Assembly: GCF_009914755.1 (NCBI RefSeq)
Contig: NC_060944.1
Direction: 5' to 3' (one strand)
DNA: 64,000 nt
DNA from: the human T2T-CHM13v2.0 reference genome, Homo sapiens
A program made the translations under genes and the position numbers. The notes below the pieces were generated by a model. The model was given only the letters and a program-made list of their open reading frames with translations. It ran no database searches and had not been told where the DNA came from. The first letter of the stretch is position 1. Every line of letters starts with the position of its first letter. Positions 20,883 through 38,759 of this stretch are shown piece by piece.

Positions 20883-21611
20883 GTGCTTCGACTCTCCCTC
20901 TTCCTCCCTGCCTTTGGCTCCACCCTCACTCTGTTTTTCCTGGCCTGAGTTTCAAAGGCTCACAATGTAGGGGGGCCTGGGGATCAGGCTTACAACATAG
21001 GCCAAGAGCCAGGCATGTGGGCATTGGCACTAGGTGCTGAGAGCCCATAACCTTGTCCTCCTTGTGGCTTCCACAGGATGCTGTGACTCCAACCTCAGGT
21101 TTATTTGGTCCTCTGGGGGCTCTTAGTTGTCTTCTGTTTAGATGCCTATAGTTTTTAGGTTACAGGAAGTGGGGTATGAATGGTTTGGTAACTTTCAGCT
21201 GTGAAAAAGAATCGTGGCTTGCAGTGAGCTATATCATGCCACTGCACTCCAGCCTGCGTGACAGAGTGAGACTCTGTCTCCAAAACAAAACAAATGAAAC
21301 AAAAACCACAAAACAAAACAAACAAAACCATGGCTTAATTCAGTCTCCTTATCACTGCCTGCCAAACCCCATTCCCTCTGATCTGGATCCTCCCACCCCA
21401 AAATCCACCTGATGGACTTCACCTGAGATTCCCAACGCAGAGTTCCAGTTGTTTCTTAAGGAGTATAAAGAACTGGGACCTGAATCATAATAGTGTCATC
21501 TTTGACTGTCTGGAGGAACCAAGGGCAGAGCAGGATCCATCTCCAAGTCAGATCAGTGGCCCAAGAACTAGATGATGGAGCCCATCACAGCAGACTGAAG
21601 CACCGGAGTGA

Positions 21612-21993
21612 GGCTGGGGCAAGGGCCAGGCATTGAGCAGGCTCAGGTGGGGGTGGGGCAAGGGGCAGGCACTGGACAGGCTCAGGTGGGGCTGGGGCAA
21701 GGGCCAGGCATGGGCAGGCTCAGGTGGGGCTGGGGCAAGGGCCAGGCATGGGCAGGCTCAGGTGGGGCTGGGGCAAGGGCCCGGCATGGGCAGGCTCAGG
21801 TGGGGCTGGGGCAAGGGCCAGGCATGGGCAGGCTCAGGTGGGGCTGGGGCAAGGGCCAGGCATGGGCAGGCTCAGGTGGGGCTGGGGCAAGGGCCAGGCA
21901 TGGGCAGGCTCAGGTGGGGCTGGGGCAAGGGCCAGGCATGGGCAGGCTCAGGTGGGGCTGGGGCAAGGGCCAGGCATGGGCAGGCTCGGGTGG
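21612..21993 (+). repeat. G-rich 38-bp minisatellite, ~10 copies
   Basis: Unit GGGCAGGCTCAGGTGGGGCTGGGGCAAGGGCCAGGCAT, near-identical copies. Confidence 0.95.
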
Positions 21994-22082
21994 GTGCTGG
22001 CTGGCACTTCTCAAGGCTCTGCTGTCATCTCAGGTGGATCCCTTTGGTGCAGAGGCAAGATCTAAGACAGAGATCCTCAAGA

Positions 22083-22273
22083 GTTGAACTAAGGGCTCCC
22101 CTGCTGACAAGCACTCCCTACAGAACGGGACTTTTTTTTTTTTTTTTTTTTTTTCAGAAATCTGACAAGAGAAGGAAAGTTAGGGTTGAACTAAGGGCTC
22201 TTCTGCTGATAAGCTGTCCCTTCAGAACGGGATTTTTTTTTTCCAGAAATCTGACAAGAGAAGGAAACTTAAG
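22083..22273 (+). repeat. Diverged ~95-bp tandem duplication
   Basis: gttgaactaagggctc...cagaacggga-polyT-cagaaatctgacaagagaaggaaa occurs twice. Confidence 0.85.
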
Positions 22274-22729
22274 AATCTAGGTTAGAAACTGAATAGACTC
22301 TTGGGTCTCTTGAAGGGGTAGAGTGGATCAAGAGAAAGAAGCACTGGGTTCTAACCCAACTCTGAGTAACTTCTATCACTAGACTTCTCTGGGCTTCAGT
22401 TTCCTTACGTGTGGAGTAGGTAGAATAATCCATGCCCCAGAGGGTCACAGGGCAGGGAACCCACAGGTAGTAACGTTGTTTTGTGAAGAACCAATGCAAT
22501 ATGAACACAGCGACGCTAAACAGCTAAACCTATAATGGATTAAATCAGATACCGGCCAGCTTCTAGGCAGACAAGCCAAAGATTGGTACCAAAGATTTTT
22601 TAAAGAGACTTTTCACTTAAACTCCTCTCTATTATTTGAATATTTTTATAACTTTTATAAATGAACATATTTCGTATTAGGGAAAAAAACTTAAAATTCA
22701 GAAAATGCTATCTACCAATTTCCTTTGGG

Positions 22730-23029
22730 TTTTTTTTTTTTTTTTTTGAGACAGAGTCTCACTCTTGTTACCCAGGCTGGAGTGCAGTGGTGCAATCTTG
22801 GCTCACTGCAACCTCTGCCTCCGGGTTCAAGCAATTATCCTGCTTCAGCCTCCCGAGTAGCTGGGATTACAGACTCACACCACCACGCCTGGCTAATTTT
22901 TGTACTTTTAGTAGAGACAGGGTTTCACCATGTTGGTCAGGCTGGTCTCGAACTCCTGACCTCATGTGGTCCGCCAGCCTCGGCCTCCCAAAGTGCTGGG
23001 ATTACAGGCGTGAACCGCTGCGCCCAGCC
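22730..23029 (-). mobile_element. Alu (S-type)
   Basis: Full dimer upstream of MMP24 exon 4. Confidence 0.9.
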
Positions 23030-23310
23030 CCAATTTACTTTTCTCAACAAACTAGAGTGGAATCCTTTATTCGACACAGCTTTGCTGGAGATCAAATGGA
23101 AAACACTGAGTAAAGCAAAGCCATCTGACTGAGGCAGGGTGGGGATCCAGAGCTCTGTTACTCAGCCTCTTCTTCAATCCCTGAGGCAGCTAAGCAGAAT
23201 TCTAGGGTTCAAAATCAGATCACTGAGCCACATTGTCTCAGGTATCTATTTTAGCTCTGCTAGTCTCTGACTCTCTGATCTTGCCTAATGATCCTCCCCT
23301 CTCTCACCAG

Positions 23311-23615
23311 CATTCACAACTATACCCCAAAAGTGGGTGAGCTAGACACGCGGAAAGCTATTCGCCAGGCTTTCGATGTGTGGCAGAAGGTGACCCCACT
23401 GACCTTTGAAGAGGTGCCATACCATGAGATCAAAAGTGACCGGAAGGAGGCAGACATCATGATCTTTTTTGCTTCTGGTTTCCATGGCGACAGCTCCCCA
23501 TTTGATGGAGAAGGGGGATTCCTGGCCCATGCCTACTTCCCTGGCCCAGGGATTGGAGGAGACACCCACTTTGACTCCGATGAGCCATGGACGCTAGGAA
23601 ATGCCAACCATGACG
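23311..23615 (+). CDS. MMP24: MMP24 exon 4, catalytic domain N-part with MT-loop
   Basis: IHNYTPKVG...[38 protein letters not shown]; caccag / G|gtaag; 305 nt. Confidence 0.97.
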
Positions 23616-23815
23616 GTAAGGCCATGAGGGGACAGGGGTCAGTCTTGGGCTGCTCAGTTGTTGGGAAAGAACTTGGAGGACATCCTAGATGAGTTTCCTG
23701 CTTTCTAGAGCCTCTTGTCCAAGAACTAAGACCGTAAGAGGGTGGGAACTGTGATTTCTGATAATATTCAACGTTCAATCCACCAGGGCCAGGGCCATGG
23801 AGATGAGTCAGATCA

Positions 23816-24216
<401 letters not shown>

Positions 24217-25298
24217 TTAAAGCTGAAAGAGGGGTCTGAAAGTAGTAGGCTCTGGCCTGAATGATGAGGGCTCCAAAAGCCATCTTATGAATGACACGAC
24301 TGGCTCTCTCCTTTGTCACCCTCACAGGTGAGTAGCAGGCCCTGAAATTATTCTGGCATCCTTGGATAATTTACCCTGCACCACTATGGTTCAATGAATA
24401 TTTATGGAGGCAGAGTCAATACCGTGCAGCAATAGTAATGATACCCTGCAGGTTGCCAAAAAATTCATCATCAATATTTACTCACAAGGCACATGCTTAG
24501 TATGTAGGCAAGTGTACATTATTACACCCATTTTTAAGATGAAGAGTTGGGGCTCAACTGGCATAGCTGAAAGGTGACAATGCAGGTATCAAGCCCTGGT
24601 TCAACTACTGGCTATGTGATACCCTCGGTCTCCTCGTCTGCAAAGTGAGGGGCTGGATTAGGTGATCGCTAAGGGCCCTTCCAACTCTAATGAACATGAT
24701 ACAAAGTCTTGCAAAGACCAGGGGGAGCTGAATGTTTGAAAAAAATGGCATGATCTCTGTCCCCTGGCAGTCCAGAGTCAGTCTAGCAGGGGAGTTAGGT
24801 GTGCACGTAAGTAACCCTGTCATAGACAGACTCTACCCAAGGCTGTAGCAGAGGCACAAAGAAATATGTAGGAGTTTGGAGGAAAGAGGGACAGAGGAGT
24901 GTGGCTTTTGGATTATAAGAGATGATAATTAGTGGGTATGCTGGTGTTCTGAGGCCCGTGCCAAGTGCTTGCCACCCATTATGTGTGGAAACTATTATAT
25001 CTATTAATACATTATAATGCATAATTAAATTTATGTATTAAGCAATATATAATGTTAAATTATTATTATAGGTAAATATTGCTATCTTCATTTTACAGAT
25101 AGGTAAACTGAGATATAGAGAAACATTAAGTCACCTACCTAAGGTCCCACAGTTGGTGAATGGTGAAATAAGGCTTTGAATCTGGGCATTATGGCCCTGG
25201 AGCCCATGCTGTCAGCCATCATGCTAAGCTTCCATGGTTCTCAAACTGTAGGGCACAGCAGAATCACCTGGGAACCATTTTTAAGAATTCAGATTCCA

Positions 25299-25620
<322 letters not shown>

Positions 25621-26889
25621 CTAACCTCTTGTCATTCTGATTCTCTGGGTCCGGGGTAGGGCCTGGGAATCTGCAAGTGGTCTAATACATTCCTGGGGCC
25701 TTCTGATGCAGGTGTTCCATCACCATGAGAAACGCTATCTTAATACCTAGAGTTTTCCTACCTGGCCTGATCATAAGAACCAATGGGGGTTCTTGTTATA
25801 AACGGGGATTCCCAGGCCCTTCCCACAGAAATCCTGACTCTTGAGCTCAAACAAGCTTGGGAAACACCGAGCATCCTTTTTTCCTGCCCTGCGGCTGCTC
25901 CAGGCTGAGAGCAGACTCTCAAAGCTGGTTTGGTGTCTATAGTTGGGGCCATGTTTGGTGTCTATAGTTGGGGATCACCTCCTTGAGAACACTTTATATC
26001 ATCGCATGGATTAGGGATTGGCAGCTCTGGGGTTATCTGTCAAAGGCTGGACCAGGAGGTGGTTTGGCCAAGGCTCAGCCTAGGCAAAGTCATGAACCTG
26101 TTAAATTGTTCTTTGTCCTCTTCTTTCTTCAGATTTTTGTCCTCTTTCCTATTGAACTCCGTTTCCTTTGCCCTGGTATCTCTCCCGTATGTCCTGCATG
26201 TATTCCTGGCTGAGTACCTGTTCTTTATCTCATTCTTATTTTTGGATCGGTGTCAACGAATGGCTGTCTGTGCTAACAGATAAGATGTGAGGAGAAGAGA
26301 ACTAATATTTTTGAGGCCCTGTTATGTGCCAGGCACTGTTAGCTGATAGGGTTTTAGTTATATTCCTGATAGAGGCAAATGAATGTCCAAAGAGTTGTCC
26401 AGAGGCAACGGGAAGACACTCCCACTCCTCTGCCCTCCCCTTCTGCCCAGCACTGGGGGTGTGCACTTCCCACACCTGCTCCTTGCTTTTGCAGAACTTG
26501 TTGGACCCAGCCCCCAAATCCCAAGAGCCGGTGGTATGTGTGGGAAGGACCGGGGACCTGTGGATGGGCACCATCCCAGCACCTCTCCCATCTGTCCAAC
26601 CCTAACCTTCATGAAAGACTGCCAATTCTGATAGAAATTCCAAGATTGCTAATGTTTTCTTTGGATAAGAATCAGGACTTTGCTCTGCTCTGGAAAACCA
26701 AGCAGGAACTGTCCAGATGCAGCTCAGGACCACAGCAATCGACTCCTGAACTGGAATGCAGTGAAGGCAGGTTTTGGGTGAGAGGCAAGGAACCAAAATT
26801 TATTGAGCATCCATATATTATCTCGTTTAATTTCCACATAGACTCAGCAAAGGGGTGGAGTTTCCTGGGAACTTTTTGAACTTATTAGC

Positions 26890-28085
<1,196 letters not shown>

Positions 28086-30484
28086 TCACCCCTTTGGAAA
28101 GTGGCAGAGCCAGGTGTGACCCCAGGACTCCGCATTTTTAAGTCACCACAGGTGGTTCTGCTGCAGGTGGTCCGAGTATTTCCCTTGGTAAAATACGGTG
28201 CTTTTGGCGCTATTCCATTCCGGGGGCTGTCACCTGGTTCTTCAACACAAAGCTTGTCCTCAAGGAACCCACAGTCCTGGGGCAGCGAGCATGTGCACTA
28301 GTGGCAATCACGTGGGGAGGAAGCGGTCAGTGCCATAAAGGCAGTTCAGGGAAACTGCTGGGAGGGCACAGCAGAAGGAGCACTCACTGCCAGCTGGGAA
28401 GTCATGGAAGGCTTCCTGGAAGACAGGCATGGAGCTGAACTTTGAAGGAATCAGGTTATTCCAGGGGAAGGGGCAGCACTGGCAGAAGAACAGAGGCAAA
28501 GGGAAATGCTATCACCTTTCGTGGGGCTGGGGGAGTTAATGAGATGGGAACGACCAAATATGGAGATCCTAAAAGAAAGAAATGAGGCAGAGACAAGGTC
28601 CACTTGAGTAGCCGAGTAGACTGCTGGGGACTTGCTCGGAGGCCCAGGGACTTACAGGAACACACCCTATCAGGGGTGCTGGTGCTCACACACAGCTCAA
28701 CAGGACCCTGCTAATGAAGGGTAATACTTCTGTACCAGGAGCTGGTATCAGCGCATTACACACCCTGCCCCATGAATCTTCACCCACATCCCTATGACGA
28801 AGGTGCCATTGTTCCTTCTATCTTCCAGAGGAAGAATTTAAAATGTCACACTGCTAGGACATGGCAGAGCTGGGATTCAAAACCAGGCAGTCTGGCTCCC
28901 AGAGACTGCATTCCTGACCACTCTGCTTCCCTGCCGCTCACCCTCTTGAAGAGTGAAGACCCTAGCAGCCTCCTGCCCATGGAGCATGGGGTCCTCATAG
29001 CAGGCCTCTCCTCCTCATACCTCTGCCTTCACCTCACAAGCTCAGGGAGTCCTCCTGCCCCTGCCCTGCTCCCTCTGTCTCCCCCTCAGGGCTCTCTTGG
29101 GTTTCTGTGCAGCAGGATACTGGCTCCCTCGCTCTTCCCTTCCTTTTGGTTCCTGGACCCAAACCACAGGCCTCTTTCCTTTAAGGGGTCACTCCTGTTC
29201 TCTGCAGACCCAGAACAGGGGTTAAAAGAGCAAGAGACAAGGCTGCGGACAAAGGTTTTGAGTCTCCCACAGTGCTCAGAGCCGTGTTCCCTGGTTCCCA
29301 GCTGAGCTCCCTGTGGACAGCCCCTGGGGAAGAGCCTGCTCAGGAGACAGAGGCCCTGAACAGCTTGTCCCAGGTCATAGAATAGCCCAGGAGCACAGCC
29401 AGGACTGGACCCCAGGAAGCAGAGCTGCCTTCCGCTGGCTCTACCAGTTTGTTTGGGATGGAGCTCAGCGATGAGCTCACCCTTCCCTGCTGCCAGAGGG
29501 GCCAGGACCTGAGTAAGGAGCTGGGGGCGGCCTGGCCCTCTCATGCCAGCAGAAGGCCAGCCCCAGGCTTTTGGCCAACCTTGCACTGATCTTGCCCATC
29601 CCCCTTCCTTTCCGTTGCTCAAAGGTGGCTTCACAGAAGACACTGGCGGTGTCAGTAGTGTGGGAGGCATGTACTGCCCGTGGCCTGGGTCTGCCCCATG
29701 GGGTTCTTCTCTCTTCCAGAGACCTAAGCCAGGAAGGCCAAACAATCCCCACCCCCATGTGTCCCTAGGCCAGTGACGCTGGGGCCAGAGTGGGCAGTAG
29801 GACTCTAGACCACCTCCTAGGTTCCTGGCAGCCTCCCTGGACTTACAGGTGGCAGGAATGGGCCGAGCCATGCCTTAGGGCCAGAAGATAAGAGGCAGGG
29901 CTCAAGGGGCTACAAATGCCAGAGGTCAAGGCAAGCAAGGGTCTGACACTGGGCAGACAGGAGTCAGGACTGGTGATCCACAGCCTACCTGACTCCCTAC
30001 CCCCTGCATTTTCTCCCCAAAGCTGCGGTTACTTCATCCCCCTAAGTTCAGGCCTCCTTGTCCTGTCCTAGGCACAATACAGAAGCCCAGGGGAGTTGGC
30101 TTTCAGAGGATCTGGTTGCTGGCGCTCCACTGGCCTCGTGCTTCCTTTCTGGTCAATGGGCTTCCTCCAGTAACCAAGCTTCTATCTTACATAGGATTAC
30201 AACAGCTGCCATTCTGTGTCATACCACGCACTTCACGTGTATCTTATTCAACCTCACACAACCCGGTGAGGTAGGTCTGATGCCCCCAGTTTACAAGTGA
30301 GGACATTGAGGCTTAGGGGTAGCCCTGCTGGCCATATTCACAAACTGGCAGGGGGAATGAAGGTAATCTGTCCTACTCAGGAGCCCAAGCTCGTAACCAC
30401 CGTGCCATGGAGCTGCCTCAGTTCCACCCTCAGGATCCTGTGTCCCACTTCCAGGACCTGGAGTGTGTTTTCACCTACACTTGA

Positions 30485-31952
<1,468 letters not shown>

Positions 31953-32651
31953 ATCTCTCGCCTGGACCCCAGCATCCAAACAGATCCCCCTGCCCCAGGT
32001 CTTGTTCCCTCTAATCCTCCCTCAACTGCAGCCAGAGTGATTTAATTGTATCACCACCCCCACTCCTACTTAAACCCCCCACTAGCCAAGAAGCTGATCC
32101 AAATTCCTTTGTATGGCATTAAGCGCCCTGCTTTCCAGCCTGGCTGACCTCATCTCTCTCCGGCCCTCCCCTCCTGCTTTGTTCCAGAGCCAGGTGGAAT
32201 GAAACTGCCTGTCTCTGGACTGTGTTTATTGCATTCCATCCGCCAGGAATGCCACCCCCACCCTTCCTCTCCTGCCCCCTGAATCCGTTCTCCTGACTAA
32301 CTTCTGATCCTTCAAGACTGAGCTTCAACTTCACCTTTGTGAAGCTTTCCCTGAACATCTTCCTCCAGGTTTAAATGACCCCTCTCTCCTCAGAATCCCT
32401 GCTCGACCCTCCCAGACATTCTTAAAGCACCCAGAGCCCTCTGCCTCACTTGTCACTCTCTCTCTCCTTGTCCCTGCTCTGCAGAGAGGCTTGGGAGGCA
32501 GGGGTTGTGCCTGATTTCTCTGTATGTCCCTGGTGTCCAGCACGGGGCCTGGCACAGGGCCCGTGCTCGGTGTTTGCTGAGGTAATGGGTTGGCTGACCG
32601 ACTCATATCTAAGCAGGTGCCCTGGGCACCTCCCCACACTCCTCTCCACAG

Positions 32652-32813
32652 GGAACGACCTCTTCCTGGTGGCTGTGCATGAGCTGGGCCACGCGCTGGG
32701 ACTGGAGCACTCCAGCGACCCCAGCGCCATCATGGCGCCCTTCTACCAGTACATGGAGACGCACAACTTCAAGCTGCCCCAGGACGATCTCCAGGGCATC
32801 CAGAAGATCTATG
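32652..32813 (+). CDS. MMP24: MMP24 exon 5, zinc-binding motif and Met-turn
   Basis: [31 protein letters not shown]; ccacag / G|gtgtgt; 162 nt, phase 1-1. Confidence 0.97.
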
Positions 32814-33271
32814 GTGTGTGGCAGGGAGAGGGGGGACTGCTCCTTCCTCGGGGCTGGGCTGTGACTGCCTACCTGTCATGGGGCAGGGGACGAGGGAGGG
32901 GGACGTTGCTATCATCAGCACTGCTGCTGTTTCTCTGTGTGTGACCTTTACAGACTTCCAATGGCTTTGCCTGGCCAGAGGGCAAGGCTTCCCCTGGCAC
33001 ACCTGGGAAACCTAGGGGAGGGTCTGAGCTGTAACTGAGAGGGACAAAAGTGAGGTGAGGGCCACCCATTCCCTCTCCTTTACCCCTCCCCTTCCACACT
33101 CTTCCCCGTCCCTTCATGCTTCTCTCCCTCCCTCCCACACCAGATGGTGACTGAGTGCTCCCATAGATTCCACCTCTAGCCAGGCAGGTTCACACATCTG
33201 CAGGAGTAACGGTGATACAGCGTGATGGGGACTATAACCAGAGCTTTGTTCTTTAAAAAGAAAAAACGAGG

Positions 33272-35236
<1,965 letters not shown>

Positions 35237-35494
35237 GTTGGAGAGCTGGCCTGGTGCTTCCTGAACATCCAGTTTGAAAAGCTCCCAAAGGTGATCCTAA
35301 TATGCAGCCCAAGTGAAGAAGCACTGACCTAAGGATGAAAATGTAGAGACGGAAGAGAAGAGGACCCAAGGGCACGCCAGCCTCTAGAGTAGGGCAGATG
35401 AGGACACGCAGCCAGCAAAGGAGACTGAGAAAGAACAGCCCATGAGGCAGGAGGACAACCAAGAGAGTGTTTCCAGGAAAGTGTTTCTATGAAT

Positions 35495-35650
35495 CTTGCT
35501 GCTCAAAATGTAGTCTTCAGACCAGCAGCATCAGCATCACCTGAGAGTGTGAAGGAATGCAAACTCTCAGGCCCCACCCCAGGCCCTCTGAGCCCTCATC
35601 TGCATTTTAGCAACATCCCCAGATGATGCATGTGCTTATTAAAGTCTGAG
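35495..35650. mobile_element. MER5A-like DNA transposon relic
   Basis: accagcagcatcagcatcacctg...caggccccacccca...tctgcatttt; related relics at ~25230-25730 and ~34808-35330, both Alu-interrupted. Confidence 0.6.
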
Positions 35651-36065
35651 TCAAGTAACCATTGGATGATCTTGGCAGAGCAGTTGGAGTGGGTGACGGG
35701 TAGAAGCTGCACTGGGGTGGGAAAGAGAATAAATGAAGGGGGTGAGGAAGTGGGGCCAGTGCGTGTGAAGGGGGCAAAGAGGGTATGGCCTAAGGAAGAG
35801 CGCTGACCCTAAGGAAGGACATGATTGCTCTGTAACAGGAGAGAGAAAAGAGAAGATACCAGATTCGGGGATGGAAAGATGAGAGTCCCATTCTAATGGC
35901 TATTTTCATCCATTTTCTCAAAGACTGGGGGAGTTAAACTGGGGAGAGGGAACAGGAGGCTGAACTGGGACAGACTTGTCTCAGAGCTGCCTGGGTGATG
36001 CTGAGACTGGCAATGGGAGGCGGGAAACGGCTGCCCCCTCTCTAAGATGCAGCTCCTCTCTCCAG

Positions 36066-36280
36066 GACCCCCAGCCGAGCCTCTGGAGCCCACAAGGCCA
36101 CTCCCTACACTCCCCGTCCGCAGGATCCACTCACCATCGGAGAGGAAACACGAGCGCCAGCCCAGGCCCCCTCGGCCGCCCCTCGGGGACCGGCCATCCA
36201 CACCAGGCACCAAACCCAACATCTGTGACGGCAACTTCAACACAGTGGCCCTCTTCCGGGGCGAGATGTTTGTCTTTAAG
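36066..36280 (+). CDS. MMP24: MMP24 exon 6, hinge and start of hemopexin domain
   Basis: Pro-rich hinge then [22 protein letters not shown]; tccag / AAG|gtaggg. Confidence 0.96.
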
Positions 36281-36804
36281 GTAGGGCCAATGGATTGGCA
36301 CCACCCAGCTGGCCCCTGACCTTTCCTCCTCCTCCCCGACATCATGGAGCTGGGGAAGGCTCCTGATTTGGGATTCGATTACAATGGGGCCTGGACAGGA
36401 GCTAGCCCAGTGGCCAGGGCATGGGGTCTCTTCCTAGTGCTGCTGGGTGAATCAACTGTTCCCAAGAGGGAGGGGGAAAGATGGGTGATCCCTCACCTCC
36501 CCTGGGGTTAATGCTGGGAGAAAGTGCTGGAAGCTGGCTTCTGGTCTGTGACCACCCTTCTTGGGACCTCAGTTTCTCCATCCGAAACCTGGGGGAGTCA
36601 TTCCTCTAACAAAGAGTGTGTGAAGATCCAGTGAGTACCCGGCTCTGAAGATGGTCAACTTGGAGTAGGGGCTAGGTCAGTGGTGGCTGAGTCTGACTCC
36701 AGACCCTACCAAGGCTTGAGGGGCTGCTACTGGCAGCAGCCCAGGGTATATCTTGTCATCTGTCCTCCATCAGCCATGGACTGACAGGGTGGCAGTCTGC
36801 TTGA

Positions 36805-37230
36805 CGTGTTGCAGGTTGGGCTCTCGGGGAGTGAACTCTGAGGTGGGGTCTGGAATGCAGGATTTCGATTAGAGAGTACTTTCAGAATCAACATTTGTGA
36901 GGGGGAGAAGGAAGCAGGACAGGGAAGAGGGAGAGGTTAAGTGGCAACAGAGGCCCATGGCAGCCTCAGCCACCCCCGCAGGGAGCTCTGGGGCTACGGT
37001 GGCCTGTCACTCAGCCTACGTTGGGTCCAAAATATCTGGAACATTATAACCCCTACCTCATTCAATCACTGGATGAGGAAGGGCATCCAGTGACTGAGGA
37101 GAGCTCTCTGAAGCAGGGAACATCCCCAAAGGGGCTGACAGTTGAAAACTGCCTGCTGGCCACACTGCTGGCCACTGGGGCAACAAGCCCTTCTCTGAAG
37201 GGGATCTGGGCAGGGTGGCTCCATCACACA
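36805..37230. mobile_element. Old ERVL LTR (LTR16-like)
   Basis: gaaggaagcaggacagggaagagggagaggttaag...cagcctcagccacccccgcagggagctctgg resembles LTR16; by eye only. Confidence 0.45.
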
Positions 37231-37605
37231 GGATGGTGAAAGAGGCTGCCTCGCTCCCCTTGTGGAGTTCTCCCAGCACGCACTGAGCACTGCGCAGGAA
37301 TCGGGCAGCGTGAGTCAGCCCCAGTCTGGCTTCTCACTGAGTGGCTCTAGGCAAGTCACCTGGCCTTTCTTAAGACTCCGTATATCTCAGATCAACTTAA
37401 CAGAGACATGAAAGTCAAAATAAGGTCAAAAACCTGGATGTGAAAGTGCTTTGTAAAACACCTTTTAAAATACTAGCTTTTGTACCATCTTTTACAAATC
37501 ATGCTTCTTCTTCTGCACTCATTCTACTTTGATCCAACTGAACCGTTCATAGGCAGGTCCGGGTTTTATCATCCCCATTTACACATAAGAAAACTGAGGC
37601 CTGGA

Positions 37606-37937
<332 letters not shown>

Positions 37938-38620
37938 CTAGACTGCTTGTGTACCAGCCCAAGACTGAGGCACCAGTTACAAGAGGCGTTTTTACTGGAC
38001 TCGGACTATTTAGCTGCCATTTACTCAACATGGACTGTGTGCCCCGTACTGGTCTGGGCATTTTGCCTAGAATCTCTCATCTGATTCTCCATTATTACCT
38101 GCACTTGCAGGTGAGGCCTAGGTCATGCAGCTATAAATGGAGGAATGTGAATTCATGCCCAGGTCTCGAGGGAATTCCCATGACTTGGCTTCCATGATCC
38201 TGGCCCTGCTGGATGGAGCCAGCCTCATGGAGGGCGCTCGGCCCAGGCTCAGTGACCACCCCAGCCTCCCACTGTCCCGAGGACCAGTCTGGCTGATGTC
38301 AGTGACGCTCCACTGCCCCCATGTGGCCACTCCAGGCCCCAACATCATCCTTTCCGGCTCCCTCACACCTCCTTTTCCACACCAGGCCTGTCTGCTGTTT
38401 GTCTCATTGTCCACCCAGCAGCAAGAGTCAGCAGGAGGCTGAATTGAAGACAGTTACAGGAGCATCCTGTCTTCCTCCCAGGGCTTTAAAAGTCAGAAGC
38501 AGCTAATGGACAGTCTCGGTGGAGGGCTGGGCTGTTGGGACCTAAGCCCCACAGCTGCAATCACTGGGTTCGGAGGCAGGGCCTGACACACCTCTCTCCC
38601 CCTCTCCCGCTTCCTCCCAG

Positions 38621-38759
38621 GATCGCTGGTTCTGGCGTCTGCGCAATAACCGAGTGCAGGAGGGCTACCCCATGCAGATCGAGCAGTTCTGGAAGGGCCT
38701 GCCTGCCCGCATCGACGCAGCCTATGAAAGGGCCGATGGGAGATTTGTCTTCTTCAAAG
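38621..38759 (+). CDS. MMP24: MMP24 exon 7, hemopexin repeats
   Basis: [46 protein letters not shown]; cccag / AAG|gtaatg. Confidence 0.96.

Noticed and set aside
21612-21993. Regular ~38-bp repeats superficially like a CRISPR array
   Set aside because: No unique spacers, head-to-tail tandem units, human context
21608-22280. Three overlapping ORFs (113-215 aa) with 38-aa periodicity
   Set aside because: By-product of a stop-free 38-bp VNTR; no promoter or splice context supporting translation
29086-29871. 261-aa - strand ORF
   Set aside because: GC-rich intronic sequence with Gly/Pro/Arg-biased composition, no recognisable domain or exon structure
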